Shown: positions 1-12,592, numbered from the stretch's first letter. The stretch: DNA of 64,000 bases from Mytilus californianus (GCF_021869535.1 NW_026262712.1:28520001-28584000), one strand, 5' to 3'. Notes: generated by a model not told the origin, from the letters alone. Made by a program: numbers and translations.

Positions 1-498
1 AAAGTTGGAAATTCCAAGATTAAAGTTGATAATTCCAAGATTAAATCGACAATTTGAAAAAAAAAGAATGGCCTTAATACGCTACCGTAGATACCAGTCT
101 TTCAACATTTGTGTGTACCTAATATCTTTTATTCTGGAATAATTATATGCTGCCAACAGAAATCCAAGATTCTGTTGAGCATACATTTTACGATTATATC
201 ATAGTCTCTTTAGTTATCACGTGATTAATCATGCTAAAAATTGCATATGGAGATTGTGATTGGGAATTATTAGTACCTTCAATAAACCTACAAGTTTTAC
301 TCGCAGAAAACTACCAACGTTCAACGTTAAAAAAGTTCGAGCTTTGCTAGCGAGTGGGCGAAACATTACTTTCCTGAATATCACAAGAAAAATTTCGCCA
401 CAAAAACAAATCGTTATCGATTCGTTTCCTTTTTGCTACTTATTGTTCTGCTATATGAAAAAAATATTCCAGAAATTTTATGAATAATATTTTTATAG

Positions 499-620
499 AC
501 AAGGCGAGACAGACGGATAGAAGTAACATTTGAGGTTTTTGAACTGGACGTAACAAGTGGTTGTAAAGACGATTATGTTCTAGTACAAAAATCAAACAGT
601 GCATTAGATACAGGAAAGAA
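499..620 (+). CDS. Internal exon of a CUB-domain protein gene (upstream exons outside window)
   Basis: Acceptor ttttatag at 497-498, donor GTAAGT at 621. Stop-free translation TRRDRRIEVTFEVFELDVTSGCKDDYVLVQKSNSALDTGK matches the CUB core (I.VTF..FEL....C..DYV). Phase-2 end joins the phase-2 acceptor at 1965. Confidence 0.85.
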
Positions 621-796
621 GTAAGTTAAAATTATAGGTGCAATTTGTAAGTTTACAAAAAACTTTTTTATCCTATTATTATGTATCATATATTCTTGTT
701 CTTTAATAAGAGTTTGAAAAAAATAAAATATTTGCTTTATTTATTTAAGTGGGGTATATTTCAAAGATATCTGTAAAAATCTGATAATTTTAGGAA

Positions 797-1120
797 AGGA
801 CAAGGTACGATAAGGGGCGTTTTTGGCCCCCTCTCCAAATAAGTTTATATTAATATCATTGATGGTCTTAGTATAGAAACTTGAAAAAAAACAATGATTT
901 TTATTGTGGTCCTGTGAAAGGAAGGTTGCCTAGCAACGGTTTTTATCAAATATCAAAAGTATCAAAATGGTTACAGCAACAAAACATGAATTAAATCAGC
1001 GGAAGTTGACAAATCTATTGATGTTTAAAAAAATATAGGTTTTAAAATTTTAATGGCACGTCACTTTTAATTTGAATGAAAATTTTGGGCCGTTCTCTGG
1101 TACTTATAATACCTTGTCCT
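797..1120. mobile_element. MITE-like element with short TIRs (Kolobok-like, tentative) in the CUB intron
   Basis: AAAGGACAAGGTA near 795-807 is the reverse complement of TACCTTGTCCTTT near 1110-1122. No clean TSD. Confidence 0.4.
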
Positions 1121-1161
1121 TTGGCAAAATAAACATACTATTGGGTGTTGCCCAAGATAAG

Positions 1162-1240
1162 TTTTGGCGATGGGTTATTATTGATAATTTTTGGCGATGG
1201 GTTATTATTGATATTTTTTGGCGATGGGTTATTATTCAAT
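1162..1240. repeat. 27-bp tandem repeat x3
   Basis: TTTTGGCGATGGGTTATTATTGATA(A/T)T at 1162, 1189 and 1216. Confidence 0.9.
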
Positions 1241-1360
1241 CTTATAAATGCCTTCTGTTTTGGACTTAACTATTTATTATTTGTTAGTATTTATTGTGAG
1301 ACAGTATATTGTCTTCCATTATTACTTTATATGTTATTCTGTCATAGCTGTGTACGTGCA

Positions 1361-1644
1361 AAAGAGAGGCAAAAGATACCAAAGGGACACTCAAACTCAT
1401 AAGTCGAAAACAAACTGTAGTGGTGGGTCGAGGGAGGTCCGGGGTTGGAACCCCCCTTTCTTTGACATTCACTGCTTTTGAATGGGGACATATGGTTGGA
1501 ACCCCCCCCCCCCCCCCCTTTTTTTAAAAATGGCTGGATCCGCCCCTGAACTGACAATGCCATGGCAAAAAAGCAAAAAAAAAAACGACCAAAAGACAAA
1601 CAACAATACACAAAACACAACATAAAAAACCGAAGACTGAACAA
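1361..1644 (-). mobile_element. 3' end fragment of the Penelope-like retroelement family, interrupted by a MITE
   Basis: Reverse complement of the 3' tail of the copies at 13703-14542 and 35364-35919 (GATACCAAAGGGACA.TCAAACTCATA..TCGAAAACAAACTGACAA.GCCATGGC). Confidence 0.7.
1418..1548. mobile_element. GC-rich MITE with (C/T)AG...CTG termini and a 5-bp TSD
   Basis: Ends in CTGGATCCGCCCCTG, flanked by AACTG at 1413-1417 and 1549-1553. Same family as 55513-55668. Confidence 0.85.
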
Positions 1645-1964
1645 TACGATGTAACACGATAAATATAAATGGTTTGTACATATATGTAATGTTAAATGAT
1701 GAAACTTCGGTAAATTTTGAAATGGATTTTATTTAAATTCGTTCTCTATCGTTCTCAAATAAGATAACTGGGAAGCTGGCAATTGCTTTAATTCCTGTCC
1801 CACAAATCCTACAAAAAATCTAAGCAAATAGACAATATCTTTCAAATAAACTTATTGATAATTCAAATAGTACATGCATGTATGAAAAAAGGTTTAAACA
1901 CGTTGTTATGTTAAAGTATCAAGCTAAATCAGTTAATCTTAAATAATGCTTTGTTTTCTTGTAG

Positions 1965-2244
1965 ATATTGCGGCGAAGGACTGCGAAACAAAACATTGAT
2001 TTCCGATGGCAATCTTATGATCCTCACCTTCATATCAGACATGCGCACATCTGGTATAGGATTCAAAGCCAAAGTAAAGGCAATACCACCGAGGTATGGA
2101 GCTGGACGAGGAGATCCGACAAACTTTCTTGGTTCTTTCTATTCGGTTTTCTCTTCAAACAACGAACAGACCCAATCTAATTCCTATCTTGAAAGTGCGT
2201 GGAATATATTTAGAAATATGGACCTCTCAAATATTCTTCGATAA
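1965..2244 (+). CDS. Terminal coding exon of the CUB-domain protein (end of CUB plus RGD-containing tail)
   Basis: Acceptor ttttcttgtag at 1963-1964. Translation (K)YCGEGLRNKTLISDGNLMILTFISDMRTSGIGFKAKV is the CUB C-terminal half (YCG...S.GN.M...F.SD.....GF.A). Stop TAA at 2242-2244. Confidence 0.85.
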
Positions 2245-4601
2245 AAGAAGGAAAAAGACGTTTGTGTTGCAGTTCCAACAAACATTGCTGTGACAATGCT
2301 TTTTCAACATTTAGCTCTTTCCAGAAAACTTCTAAATTTGACTCTAAAATTATACGAAACAGATTTTTCCTGTTAATTTTCATTTCATGTATGCTTTATA
2401 TAAGTGTCTTCTTTTCTTTCAATTGCATAATTCTCATGACTTAAGGGAAATATAAGATGAAGCTTTTTGATATTGAATTTACATTTTCTCACATTTTTTT
2501 CTACATTTGAGTGATCTTGTATTTCTTTTTAAAATTGAATTTTGAATCACAATTTCAAATCTAAAAGTTTCGAAAATGACTTTCTGGAAATATGTGTACT
2601 GATGCCAGTTTCTTCTATATGAGATTATTTTATGTTTCTATTAATACAAAATGTATTATGTATAAAATTAAATGTATATATTTGAGTGTTAACAAACTTT
2701 GTATACAGACAGACCTACAAACCTGTTTGAAAGGTCAGTAGTGTTTTTGGAGTGGGTTGGTGGTTTATATCATTTTCGTCTAATCGGATTATGTCCACTT
2801 CTCTCATAGCTTGAGTCTCTGGTCTAACATTACCCCCAAACATGGATGGGTACATAGATGGATTTTTACGTCCCACTTGCATTTGTAAGCCTTATACCAT
2901 GTGTTTCTTTAGTACCAGAGCATGAGCCTGGTTTTGTTTGGCGAATACCAGTTCTTCGTTGTAGTAGATTAATTAGCTACATAAGCAGGATATGTGCTTG
3001 CAATGAAAGAGTCTGCATAAAAAAAAACCTGCTATCCGACCCCAATATCTGACTACGGTAATGATTCTGGTTGTTTTACCCAAATCATTGTAATTCCGAA
3101 TGACAAGGTGCGCTGTATAAAGATTGTATTTTATAAATAAAAGGAAGTGTAAAATTTAGGTAGAAAATATTACATTTGAAAATAAAATTAACCCTTTGCA
3201 AATTTTATGCATCTGAGGCACTTTTCTGGATTTATCCACATTGGGAATGCTTAAAGCGTCAAGGATGCCGTATCCCAACAACCGAAAACCCAGAAGGCAT
3301 GCACCAAGTGATCAACGTGATACTGCCATCGGCAAAAGAAAAGTGTCTATACAATATGTCACTCCGAGTCCAAAAGAAATCACAAATTAAATACAGATGA
3401 GAAGATTTTCCATCAACATCAAGTTTTCCGAATGACAAAAACTTGGGAAAGATGCAAAAGACAACAACTGACGAGATTTCTGACACGGAACAGGACATAA
3501 ATTAAAGAGGCGGGGCCTAATTCCCATTTGTTTGTTTCACTCACATGGTCAAACTCTAAAAGTTGTCAAACTATACTGGAAATGAATTTAAAAGGCGTCT
3601 ATGTCATATATTTTAAATATTTCTAATCAATTTTACATACTTCCATAACATTAAAATGTTGTTCTACGCTGCAGGTAACTGTAGAAGATCTTTTGATACA
3701 AAACTTTTAATATTATTGGTTCTTTTTCTGAAAATGTTGGACTGAAGAACGTCGATAACCAAAATGAACTGATTTGTATCCGTAAAAGAAATTACAGCTT
3801 ATTTACTTCCAACAGAATTTTGGTTTAATATGCTATCAAATAATTGGGACTAAAAATTTGACAAAGTTGCTTTTTTTGGCCATTTTACGGGCGTTAACTA
3901 TTTTGGCAATTTTATAATGAAAATAACCGATAATGTTGTTAGCACAAAGTAGGGCTTTGAAAAAATGAATTTAAGTAAAAAATGAAATATTTTTTGAAAA
4001 AGTCCCTGGTATGAAACAATTGAGGGGAAACTGGTTTTGTTTTTATTTCAACCCCTTTCAGTCTAGAACAACAGAGTAACAAATTTAAAGGTACATAAAA
4101 GTACTGCGGTTAGTTTGAGATAGACTTTTAAATAATTACATTACATGTATGTTTCATGAGAATCTGTTAGTTTGATTGGCTAACAACAATCGCACGCCAT
4201 TCAAAAATTAACCTTCATATCAAAATGAAATGTTACATTCGTGATGACACGTGCTTCCACAAAAAAGTCCACAGGTAAATAAAAGAATAACTTTATAAAA
4301 AAAAATTTTCATGGCCTTAATAGCATGGAGGGGTCGTTTACTGGATTTATCCAATCCGCCAGTGAGATGTGTGTCCGTCTGATGTGATAACAAGCTGGTT
4401 GGATACGTTTAATATAAAAATAGGTGATGACAAGCTAGTAGGATTCGTTTAATATAATAACAGTCAATCTCTGTTAAAACTGGATATACGAATTTTGATC
4501 CCTAGTGACTGTCTATAACAAAAATACAAAGACAACTTGAAGAACAACTAAATAAACGTCAATGAGACAGCAACCCAACGATACTCATGTAAAATTAAAA
4601 C

Positions 4602-4607
4602 TTTATT
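4602..4607 (-). terminator. Probable polyadenylation signal of TRIM-like gene A
   Basis: AATAAA on the minus strand about 606 nt past the stop, followed by a GU-rich block homologous to those downstream of the other two paralogues. Confidence 0.5.
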
Positions 4608-5212
4608 CCTTTATATTGTTTTGAATCAACTCTCCTTTGTACAATCGATCGAAAGCAAATTCAATATCAAAATTTGATTATAGAGATTTCAGCAACAAAT
4701 CAAAGTATTGATTATGTGCAATTTTGTTAAACGCATGGGAGATTAATATGATCGATTGGTTTTCTATATTCTATATAAATTAGTGTATGCACACATACTT
4801 TATCAAGGGACCCGGGGTTGGGAAATGATTATAATGGTTTCCTTGCGTTCCTATTTCAACATCAAAAACCCGAGGAAAAATTGTTTTACAAAAAATAAAT
4901 GGTAAGACCTAACTTAACTGTCTAAATAAATATAAATGGCCTTGTAAGAATTTGGAAAAATGATCTTGCCCAAGACCAAGACTACAACAAAATAAATATT
5001 CTGTCCCCACAAAATCAGTTTGTGTACAAAAGGGAAAGGAAATGGCCGCGTGCAACTAACCATCAGTGTCCAAACGAAATGAATGTAAGCAACTAAATTT
5101 TACAATACTGCCTTCAACAATGAGCAAAACATATACCGTATAGTTAGCTAAAACAAAGTCCCGGCATTGCAACCGTCAGTTCTATCATGAAACAATAAGT
5201 TAAAATTTCATG

Positions 5213-6877
5213 TTAGTTAGTGACTTCATAAACTGAACATTCCTTTCCGTGATCAGTCATAACAAGAAACTTATTCTTAGTCGGATGGAAAGCGATATCA
5301 CGTGGGGTTACAAGATTTTCTAAAACTGGTTCCTTGTATCCTGTAGTCGTGTTTATTCGTACAATGGAACCTACTTCTTTGTTGGAAGTACATGCATATA
5401 ATTGCCCCTTCTCATCGACGTCTAGTCCTGTGATCTCATTGTCTCTTTTCAGAGTGTAGGGAATACGACTTATTGAGCCACTTTCAGTCATATGTTTAAT
5501 TGATTTGCCATCAGAAATAAATATTCCATTATGGCCTTCCATGCACATAAACTCCAGCTTAATTTTAGTTTTTAAAGACTTAACAATTGTTTGATCTTCA
5601 TTTAAGACAATAACTTCCCGAGAGTTGGTATTTGAATAAATCGTGTCATTGTTAACCTTGACACAATTGAAACAGCCGCTTGTCTGGGTAAACCAAGGGT
5701 CCTCTGTGAAGTTCTCTTTATTAATTTTGCAGAGGCCTACGGCGGGAAAAGATGCATAAATATCATTTTTCAAATCACAAGTTATGTCTAAAGGGCAATA
5801 TTTCACTTGTGTTGATTGAACACTGGCGCTGGCAATGTCATACATACTTATCAAAAAGTGGCATGAAAATACTATGCGATTATCTAAAGTGAAACAAGCA
5901 GAGTAAATTCTTGTAATTTTGAGCTGAGAACAACTGATCTTCTGATCAAGAAGGACTTTTCCTTGTTGAAAATGATAGGTGTGATCTTGCTGACCATTTA
6001 GTGGTCCTGGAACTGTAGTTTTACTCTTTTCTATTTTTATTCCAGATATTTTAGCTAAAATTGGTTTAATCTTTCCTATGAAGTCATATGAAGACGACCG
6101 AATTTCGTATGCTGTTAATTTCTCCTGAAATTTATCTAAGAAAGCTTCCTCCTCACCTTGTAAAAGATCTAGCGTCTTAACGGCTGCGAGAATTCTTGTT
6201 TCGGAAGCATGCTCTGCAAGCGTTTTAATAGCGGTTTGCCAGGTCTCCGATTTAATTTTTCTTGTTGTCAGATCTTTAATATTCTGTTCAATTTGGTCTT
6301 TGCATTCTTTATCAAGGACATCTACTTTTTTATCGATTACCTGTTCCAGTTCATCTAAGAACCCGATAAGTTCCTTTCGAATATTTCTTAACTTTTCTTT
6401 ACATTCGTCTTTCTGGACAGATACTAAACTCAAATTGTTCTTGTAAGCCTCGACTATTCTACCTATTATAAGCGAAAAATCTGACATTCGCCGTTTTAAA
6501 TCCTCTATCGATGTTCCCGTTCTCACGCCTTTTGATGCTTTTTCCATTGACCTGACATCTTTGCATGCGCTATGCAATTCTCGAAGACAAAAAGCGCAAC
6601 AGATTGTATCATGTTGTACACAAAAGAATGAAAGTTTCTGATCCTCGTGGATATTACAAATTTCTGGAATGTCTAAAATCGATGAATCTACTTTTTCAGC
6701 TTCAAGGATTGAGATTGTCTTGTGGTTCGCTGTTATTTTCCCTTTACGGTGAAATTTCGCGCACTCCACACAGAGATATTCAATGCAGTCGCTACAACAC
6801 GAAACTGCTTTTTGATTTTCTCCATCTCGATTACATGGCTCACACCTCTGTACATGTATGTTGGAGGCGCCAGCCAT
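5213..6877 (-). CDS. RING-less TRIM-like protein A (554 aa): two B-boxes, coiled coil, NHL-like beta-propeller
   Basis: Open frame from MAGASN. B-box1 CEPC...CSDC...LCVEC...H...NH, B-box2 CNIH...FCVQHDTICCAFC...H, heptad-rich middle region, repeated beta-blade motifs at the C-terminus. Acceptor tttgttgtag at 6917-6916 just upstream of the ATG, conserved in all paralogues. Confidence 0.92.
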   Translation of the reverse strand: MAGASNIHVQRCEPCNRDGENQKAVSCCSDCIEYLCVECAKFHRKGKITANHKTISILEAEKVDSSILDIPEICNIHEDQKLSFFCVQHDTICCAFCLRELHSACKDVRSMEKASKGVRTGTSIEDLKRRMSDFSLIIGRIVEAYKNNLSLVSVQKDECKEKLRNIRKELIGFLDELEQVIDKKVDVLDKECKDQIEQNIKDLTTRKIKSETWQTAIKTLAEHASETRILAAVKTLDLLQGEEEAFLDKFQEKLTAYEIRSSSYDFIGKIKPILAKISGIKIEKSKTTVPGPLNGQQDHTYHFQQGKVLLDQKISCSQLKITRIYSACFTLDNRIVFSCHFLISMYDIASASVQSTQVKYCPLDITCDLKNDIYASFPAVGLCKINKENFTEDPWFTQTSGCFNCVKVNNDTIYSNTNSREVIVLNEDQTIVKSLKTKIKLEFMCMEGHNGIFISDGKSIKHMTESGSISRIPYTLKRDNEITGLDVDEKGQLYACTSNKEVGSIVRINTTTGYKEPVLENLVTPRDIAFHPTKNKFLVMTDHGKECSVYEVTN

Positions 6878-7227
6878 TCTTTTTAGGACGCCAGGTATGT
6901 TTGGGGAATTTTTTTCTACAACAAACAATTTTAAGTGATCAAAAGTACATGTTTTTATATATTTTTTTTAATAACACGCATTGAAAGATGTTTTAACAAT
7001 ATATTGCACTTATACTATTTGTTAAATGAATATTTGAACTTTAATAAGTTCTTATGTACCATATTTTGTTGTTTATAGTATTTATATTGAAATGTTTTGT
7101 CATATAAACGACCACGGCAATGTTCTAATATACACCTACGGCTGAAATATGCTGGCGTATGATTTGCCTATTGAGTGCAGAATGTGGAAGCCGGTCATAG
7201 GTTTTCAATAGTCGATTCCCTAAGCTT

Positions 7228-7606
7228 TATAACAAAGAAGATGTGGTATGATTGCCAATGAGACAATTCCCCACAAGAGACCAAATGACACAGAAATTAA
7301 CAACTATGGGTCACCGTACGGTCTTCAACAATGAGCAAAGCCCATACCGCACAGTCAGCTATAAAAGGCCCCGAAGTGACAATGTAAAACAATTCAAACG
7401 ATCGAGAAAACTAACTTGTTGAGTGGTCATTTAAATAGGCGCTAGGTTTTCGGTTTGTCACCTTTTTTTGTTTTATGTATTTCTGTCATAGAGTGCATCA
7501 TACAATGCATGAACGGTGACCTATTATAGTTTATAATTTCTATGTCATTTGGTCACTGATGGAGACTTGTCTCATTTTGGCAATTATACCACATCTTATT
7601 TTTATA
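7228..7606. repeat. Inverted pair of an abundant interspersed repeat (fold-back)
   Basis: AAGAAGATGTGGTATGATTGCCAATGAGAC...GGTCACCG (7235-7318) faces its degenerate reverse complement (7514-7600). Related pieces near 5100, 17545, 60700, 62240 and 63180. Confidence 0.7.
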
Positions 7607-7738
7607 TGATACACTTGCGACTTGTTATAAAGAAGGTAATTTAGTCAAAATCCAACAGAAACAAATGTTTTGAGAGAAATAAAAGAACAGAGTTCCGATG
7701 TCCCCCGCACCTTTTTGCCTGTCCAAGAGCAATAACTA

Positions 7739-8648
7739 AAACTAGAGGCTTGAAAGTGCCTGTGTCGCTAACTTTGGTCTATGTGCATATTCAACAATGG
7801 ACACTCTCCAACATTGTAGACGAGAATAGAATTCATGACAAAAATATATGTTTTGTTGTTCTTGTATTGCTGATAATTTAGTCTGTTTAGTTTCTCTCTA
7901 TCTTTTTAAGTTTTTGCTCAAAACACAAAAGAGGGTAAAAAAATCCTCATTTAAGGGCAATCACTCCTATAAAGAGTGACAGTCTACTACCTATATCGGC
8001 AAAAATTAACTTGTAAGTAGATCTTGCCTTGCTGATCATTTTTGCATATTTAAGTTTCTATCTATCTATTATAATTTTAAAGATACAAGACAAAAACGCA
8101 AAAGATTGGTAAAAGTCATCATCAAAGGGCAATAACTCTATGAGACTTATTTGTAGAACGTGTCTTGCTGAATATTTTTGCAATTAAAAGTTCCTCTCTA
8201 TCTATTATAGTTTTCAAGATAAGAGGCAAAAATGAAATGAAATAAAATGGTAAAATTTGTCATTTAAGGGCAATAACTCCTATACGAAGTTGTCTGGCAG
8301 TTTTGACGAATACGGACATTTGGTTGAGCTCAACATTCTGAACATTTCATCATCTGTAAGATTTTCTCTATTTATAATGGTTTTCAAAATAATAGACACA
8401 ACTTGCATTTAACCCCTTTGTTCTATTTTAGCCATGTCGGCCATCTTGATTGCCAGGCGGTATCATTGGACATTTTTTGTATACTAGATACCCCAATGAT
8501 AATTGTGACCAAGTTTAGTTAAATTTGGCCCAGTAGTTTCAGAGGAGTAGTTTTTTTTTATAAAAGTTAACGGACGACGACTACGACGGAAGACGACGGA
8601 CGACGAACGCCAAATAATGAGAAAAGCTCACCTGGCCTGAGCTAAAAA
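7739..8648 (+). mobile_element. Helentron-associated (HINE/DINE-1-like) non-autonomous element nested in another repeat
   Basis: Starts ACTAGAGGCT...GCCTGTGTCGCTAAC, has internal AAGGGCAATAACTC-bearing units and a GACG microsatellite, ends AGCTCACCTGGCCTGAGCTAAAAA. Same family as 40333-41885. Confidence 0.65.
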
Positions 8649-9850
8649 TATATATTTTTGGTCCTTAAAATCGTTCTATAGATATCTCATAGAAATGTAG
8701 GCTTGAGAGCGATTACAAATAAATTTTCCATATAATTAATATTTCCAAGGATATAACTTTTAAAAAAATAGTTCATCGGCACTGAGTTTCGAACTAGCCC
8801 GATACATTGCGCCAAAAGCCTTTGATGTAAATGTCATACAAATGTGGCAAGAATTGTACATATTAGAGCACTTACAATGCAATGTTTCATATACTTGATA
8901 TTGTCGATGGGCATAATTCTATGAAAAATAGAGGATCGGCACAGATTTCAAAGGTGTCAGAGACATCGCTGACATACACTTTTGAAATAAATTTCATAAA
9001 AGCTGTATAGAATTGTGCACGCACTTTTCCATATAACTGATATTTTCAAGGGGCGTAACTCTTTAAAAATAGATGATCTCATTGTTTTTCTTCCTGGTCC
9101 GAGACATAACAGACAAACAATGATACCTTTTGATAAAATTTCATAAAATTCTGGCCAGAATTGCATTCATAAGTGAGAGCGCTTACATTGCAATTATTCT
9201 TATAATTAGTATTTCCAAGGAGCATTATCCTTTTCAAAATAGTTAATCTGCACTGATTTTCGAATTTGTCCGAGATATTGCTAAAAAAAAATACATGTGA
9301 GAGTGCTTACAAGACTGGACAGGAGGACGGACAAACAAACTATCGTTATTTCTGTGTCCACTCAACGCGTCGCGGGGGGGGGGGGGGGGGGGGGGAGATA
9401 ACATTCAGATGTGCTAGCGATAGTGTACATAAATGTAAAAAATGGATAGTTCATTTTAGGTCACAAACCAAATGTGTCTTACCCTCGATGACGGTGAGGT
9501 TCAAAAAAGCATGAATCGCTCTGCTGACAAAGATATGCAATATTTTATTGCCATATTTTGTTCACCAGTATATCAATCAATTATTTTTATAAAAAATCCC
9601 AAATTATTTATTTTTATTAATATTCAGCTTTTTCAAGTGCCTCAAGTGAAATCAGTGTCTTTTAATTAATTTACTCTGTTCAGTGCCAGAATCACATTTT
9701 TTTTTTCAGCAAACGTAACAAAATATTTATAAAATCTATTAAGCCCTAATCCTTTCTCAAAATCGAATGGAACCCCGCTTAATAGTCATTAAAAGTATTT
9801 AGTACCATTGAATCATCTTAGTTTCCTTGTTTATGAAGTCAATATCTAAA

Positions 9851-10135
9851 AACAAGAATGTGTCCATAGTACGCGGATGTACTATCATTTTCTATGTTCA
9901 GTGGACCGTGAAATTGGGGTCAAAACTCTAATTTGGCATTAAAATTAGAAAGATTATACCAAAGGGAACATGTGTACTAAGTTTGAAGTTGATTGGACTT
10001 CAACTTCATCAAAAACTACCTTGACAAAAAACTTGAAACTGAAACGGGACAGGCGGACAAACGAACGGACGGACGGACGGACGGACGAACGGACACACAG
10101 ACCGAAAAACATAATGCCCCTAGCTGGGGCATAAA
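9851..10135 (+). mobile_element. Short HINE/pearl-like element
   Basis: (GGAC)n microsatellite at about 10065-10095, then 3' hairpin ATGCCCC-TAGCT-GGGGCAT (10114-10132) and an A-run. Confidence 0.65.
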
Positions 10136-11691
10136 CATAAAAGTTTTCGTAAAAGAGCACGACAGTTTCAGTCATGTGACTAATTACTACCTTTTCCCTT
10201 GCTGGTGAGGTTTGTTAATTACAATTTCTGTCTACGTATTACAGTTTTAAAGATAAAAATGTGAAAAAGTTAATATAGGTGCCAAAATGATCATTTAAGG
10301 GCAATAACTCATATAAGACAACTGGAAATTTATGTCATGTTTACTTATTTGTAGAACTAACGTTTACTAATCGTGTTTGAGGTTTCCCATATATCTCTAT
10401 TCTGTATAGCTTTCAATAATATATCGGTAAATTCCACAATCATAACAAAATCGGTAATAAATCGTCTGGCTGGACAAACGGGGGAGAAGATCTTGATATT
10501 CAATAGCACTGGCCTGCAAGATTTTCTCTATAATTGTGGTTTAAAAATATATGGTAATTGCTTCCATATAACCCTTATATTCTCTTTGGTTGTGTTTTTT
10601 TTTTTTTTTTTTGCCTATGGCGGCCTTGATGAGCTTGATAGGCAGGAACACAAAACACAATTTTATATATTACAATCACTTAGAATCATTTAGCTGATGT
10701 TTGATTGAAATTGATCCAGTGGGTTCAGATAAAAAGATGCCGATAGACGGATGCCAAGTGATGGAAATAGTTCACACGACTCAAAGGATAAGGTTATATA
10801 TATATATATATATAGCGTAACAGGAAATGCTCAAAATGATAATGAATTGATTGTGAATTCGTTACATCCAGTGGCAAATAGTCTCATGCATATTGAGGAC
10901 GTGATCAAATTTACAATTCATAAAATAGCGTGAAATTTAGGCATTCAAATACCAAACGTACATTTAAACAAAGGAATTGGACAAAAGAAAAGGCAAAGCC
11001 TATACCAATCCTTTCCCATATCATATTTATCTGATAATTCATAGCTCATTCATTATTGCAATGCGTCAAGGAAGACAACCCCTACGTCTTGATATATTTT
11101 ATTGGGTTTGCATTTTTAATAAAAAAAATTATAATTAATTCTTACCAGTTCACTACTTAAAATATTAATGTACTGTGTTATACCACATTATTAGTAATGG
11201 TAGGGAAACAACTAGAATCTTTTAAGTGATATGTACTCAAATTCACTGCAACAAAGTTTTTATACTTATATAAATAATATTATTGTTTATTCTAATACAT
11301 AGTATGACAGTATACCATCTTATTACAAAGTCAGTTAATTTCATGATTTTATTAATAAAAAAAATTAAATGAACTATTGATAAATATATTTGCAAAAAGA
11401 TTGAACACAAATTGATTATTTTTTTTTTATTTGATGTTAGATTTGTTTTTATTAAAACCCGAAAGTGGTAAAAATTACACTGTGGTTAAAGTCTAATGAA
11501 TAGTTATACTATTAGAGTGTTGTTTTATCTTTCACTGTAATTAATTTTGATATATGAAAGTTTTGGTTATCGTTTGTTAAAGTCATTTAGTTAAATGGCT
11601 ATCCTGCAATAAGATATTAGCCTAGCATGTTCTCGAGGTCACGTAGTAAATACTTTGATATGATTTATATGTTTTGTTTTTGTAAACAAAG

Positions 11692-11802
11692 AGTTGGAGA
11701 ATATTTGGAGATTATTTAGATCAGTTGGAGAATATCTAGAGATTATTTAGGTCAGTTGGAGAATATTTGGAAAATATTTAGGTTAGTTGGAGAATATTTA
11801 GG
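11692..11802. repeat. 31-bp tandem repeat x3.5
   Basis: AGTTGGAGAATATTTGGAGATTATTTAGATC-like units at 11692, 11723, 11754 and 11785. Confidence 0.8.
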
Positions 11803-11993
11803 TGATTTGAAGAATATATTGGAATTGATGGATATATAAGGGCCATCTGTTTCAGTGTTAGGAAGAATTGAGTACGAGAAGGAAACGATAAAATATGAAA
11901 CGTTAAAAAGTGTTTGTGATAGTCTAGGCAGATCTTGGCAGAACCTTGTGAGATTCAGTGAAAGTTGACTTATATAACTGTTGGGTTTTTTTA

Positions 11994-12592
11994 AACAGTA
12001 TTGGACACTGTTGCGTGTTTTTGTGCGCACAGTATTGGACAATGTTGCGTGTTTTTTTTTTTTGTTTTTTTTTTGTGCACAGTATTGGACACTGTTGTGT
12101 GGTTTTTGTGTGCACAGTATTGGATACTGTTGTGTGGTTTTTGTGTGCACAGTATTGGATACTGTTGCGTGTTTTTATGCGCACAGTATTAGACACTGTT
12201 GCGTCGTTTTCGTGCGCACATTATTGGACACTGTTGTGCGGTGTCTCCGCACAGTATTGGACACAGTTGGGCGGTTTTTGTCCGCACAGTATTTGACATT
12301 GTTTTGTGGTTTTTTGTCCGCACAGTACTAGACACTGTTGCGTGGTTTCCGCACAGTATTGGACACTGTTGCGGAGTTTTTGTCCGCACAGTGTTGGACA
12401 CTGTTGCGTGGTTTTTATGCGCACATTATTGGACACTGTTGTGCGGTTTTTTGTCTGCACAGTATTGGACACAGTTGGGTTGTTTTTGTCCGCTTAGTAT
12501 TGAACACTGTTTTGTGTTTTTTTTTTGTCCCCACAGTATTGGACACTGTTGTGTGGTTTTTATCCGCACAGTATTGGACACTGTTGCGTGTT
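11994..12592. repeat. About 35-bp minisatellite, about 17 copies (two more at about 13600-13650 beyond an insertion)
   Basis: Core CACAGTATTGGACACTGTTG followed by a variable GT/T-rich linker. Explains the many overlapping spurious ORFs here. Confidence 0.95.

Noticed and set aside
6878-6928. N-terminal extension MFVVEK... of the 571-aa ORF (and MFVMEN... at 46925-46981)
   Set aside because: These run through the polypyrimidine tract and acceptor, and start at non-conserved codons. Paralogue homology begins at MAGASN.
6565-6984. Antisense ORFs over the TRIM-like genes (also 22952-24365, 23777-24256, 47407-48043)
   Set aside because: Shadow frames of the real coding strand.
9374-9395. Long G/C homopolymers (also 1502, 50054, 50613, 55615, 59546) as G-quadruplex regulators
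   Set aside because: Most lie inside recognisable repeats, their lengths are unreliable in assemblies, and there is no independent support.
11994-12592. RSS-like content in the minisatellite: exact nonamer GGTTTTTGT (12101, 12136, 12273) near CACTGTT/CACAGTA
   Set aside because: On the nonamer strand the heptamer reads AACAGTG, which breaks the essential CAC, and the spacer is 15 nt rather than 12 or 23. Likely coincidence in a GT-rich repeat.
11994-12592. CRISPR-like appearance (conserved core plus variable linker)
   Set aside because: The linkers are variants of one T-rich sequence, not unique spacers. The context is eukaryotic and there are no cas genes.
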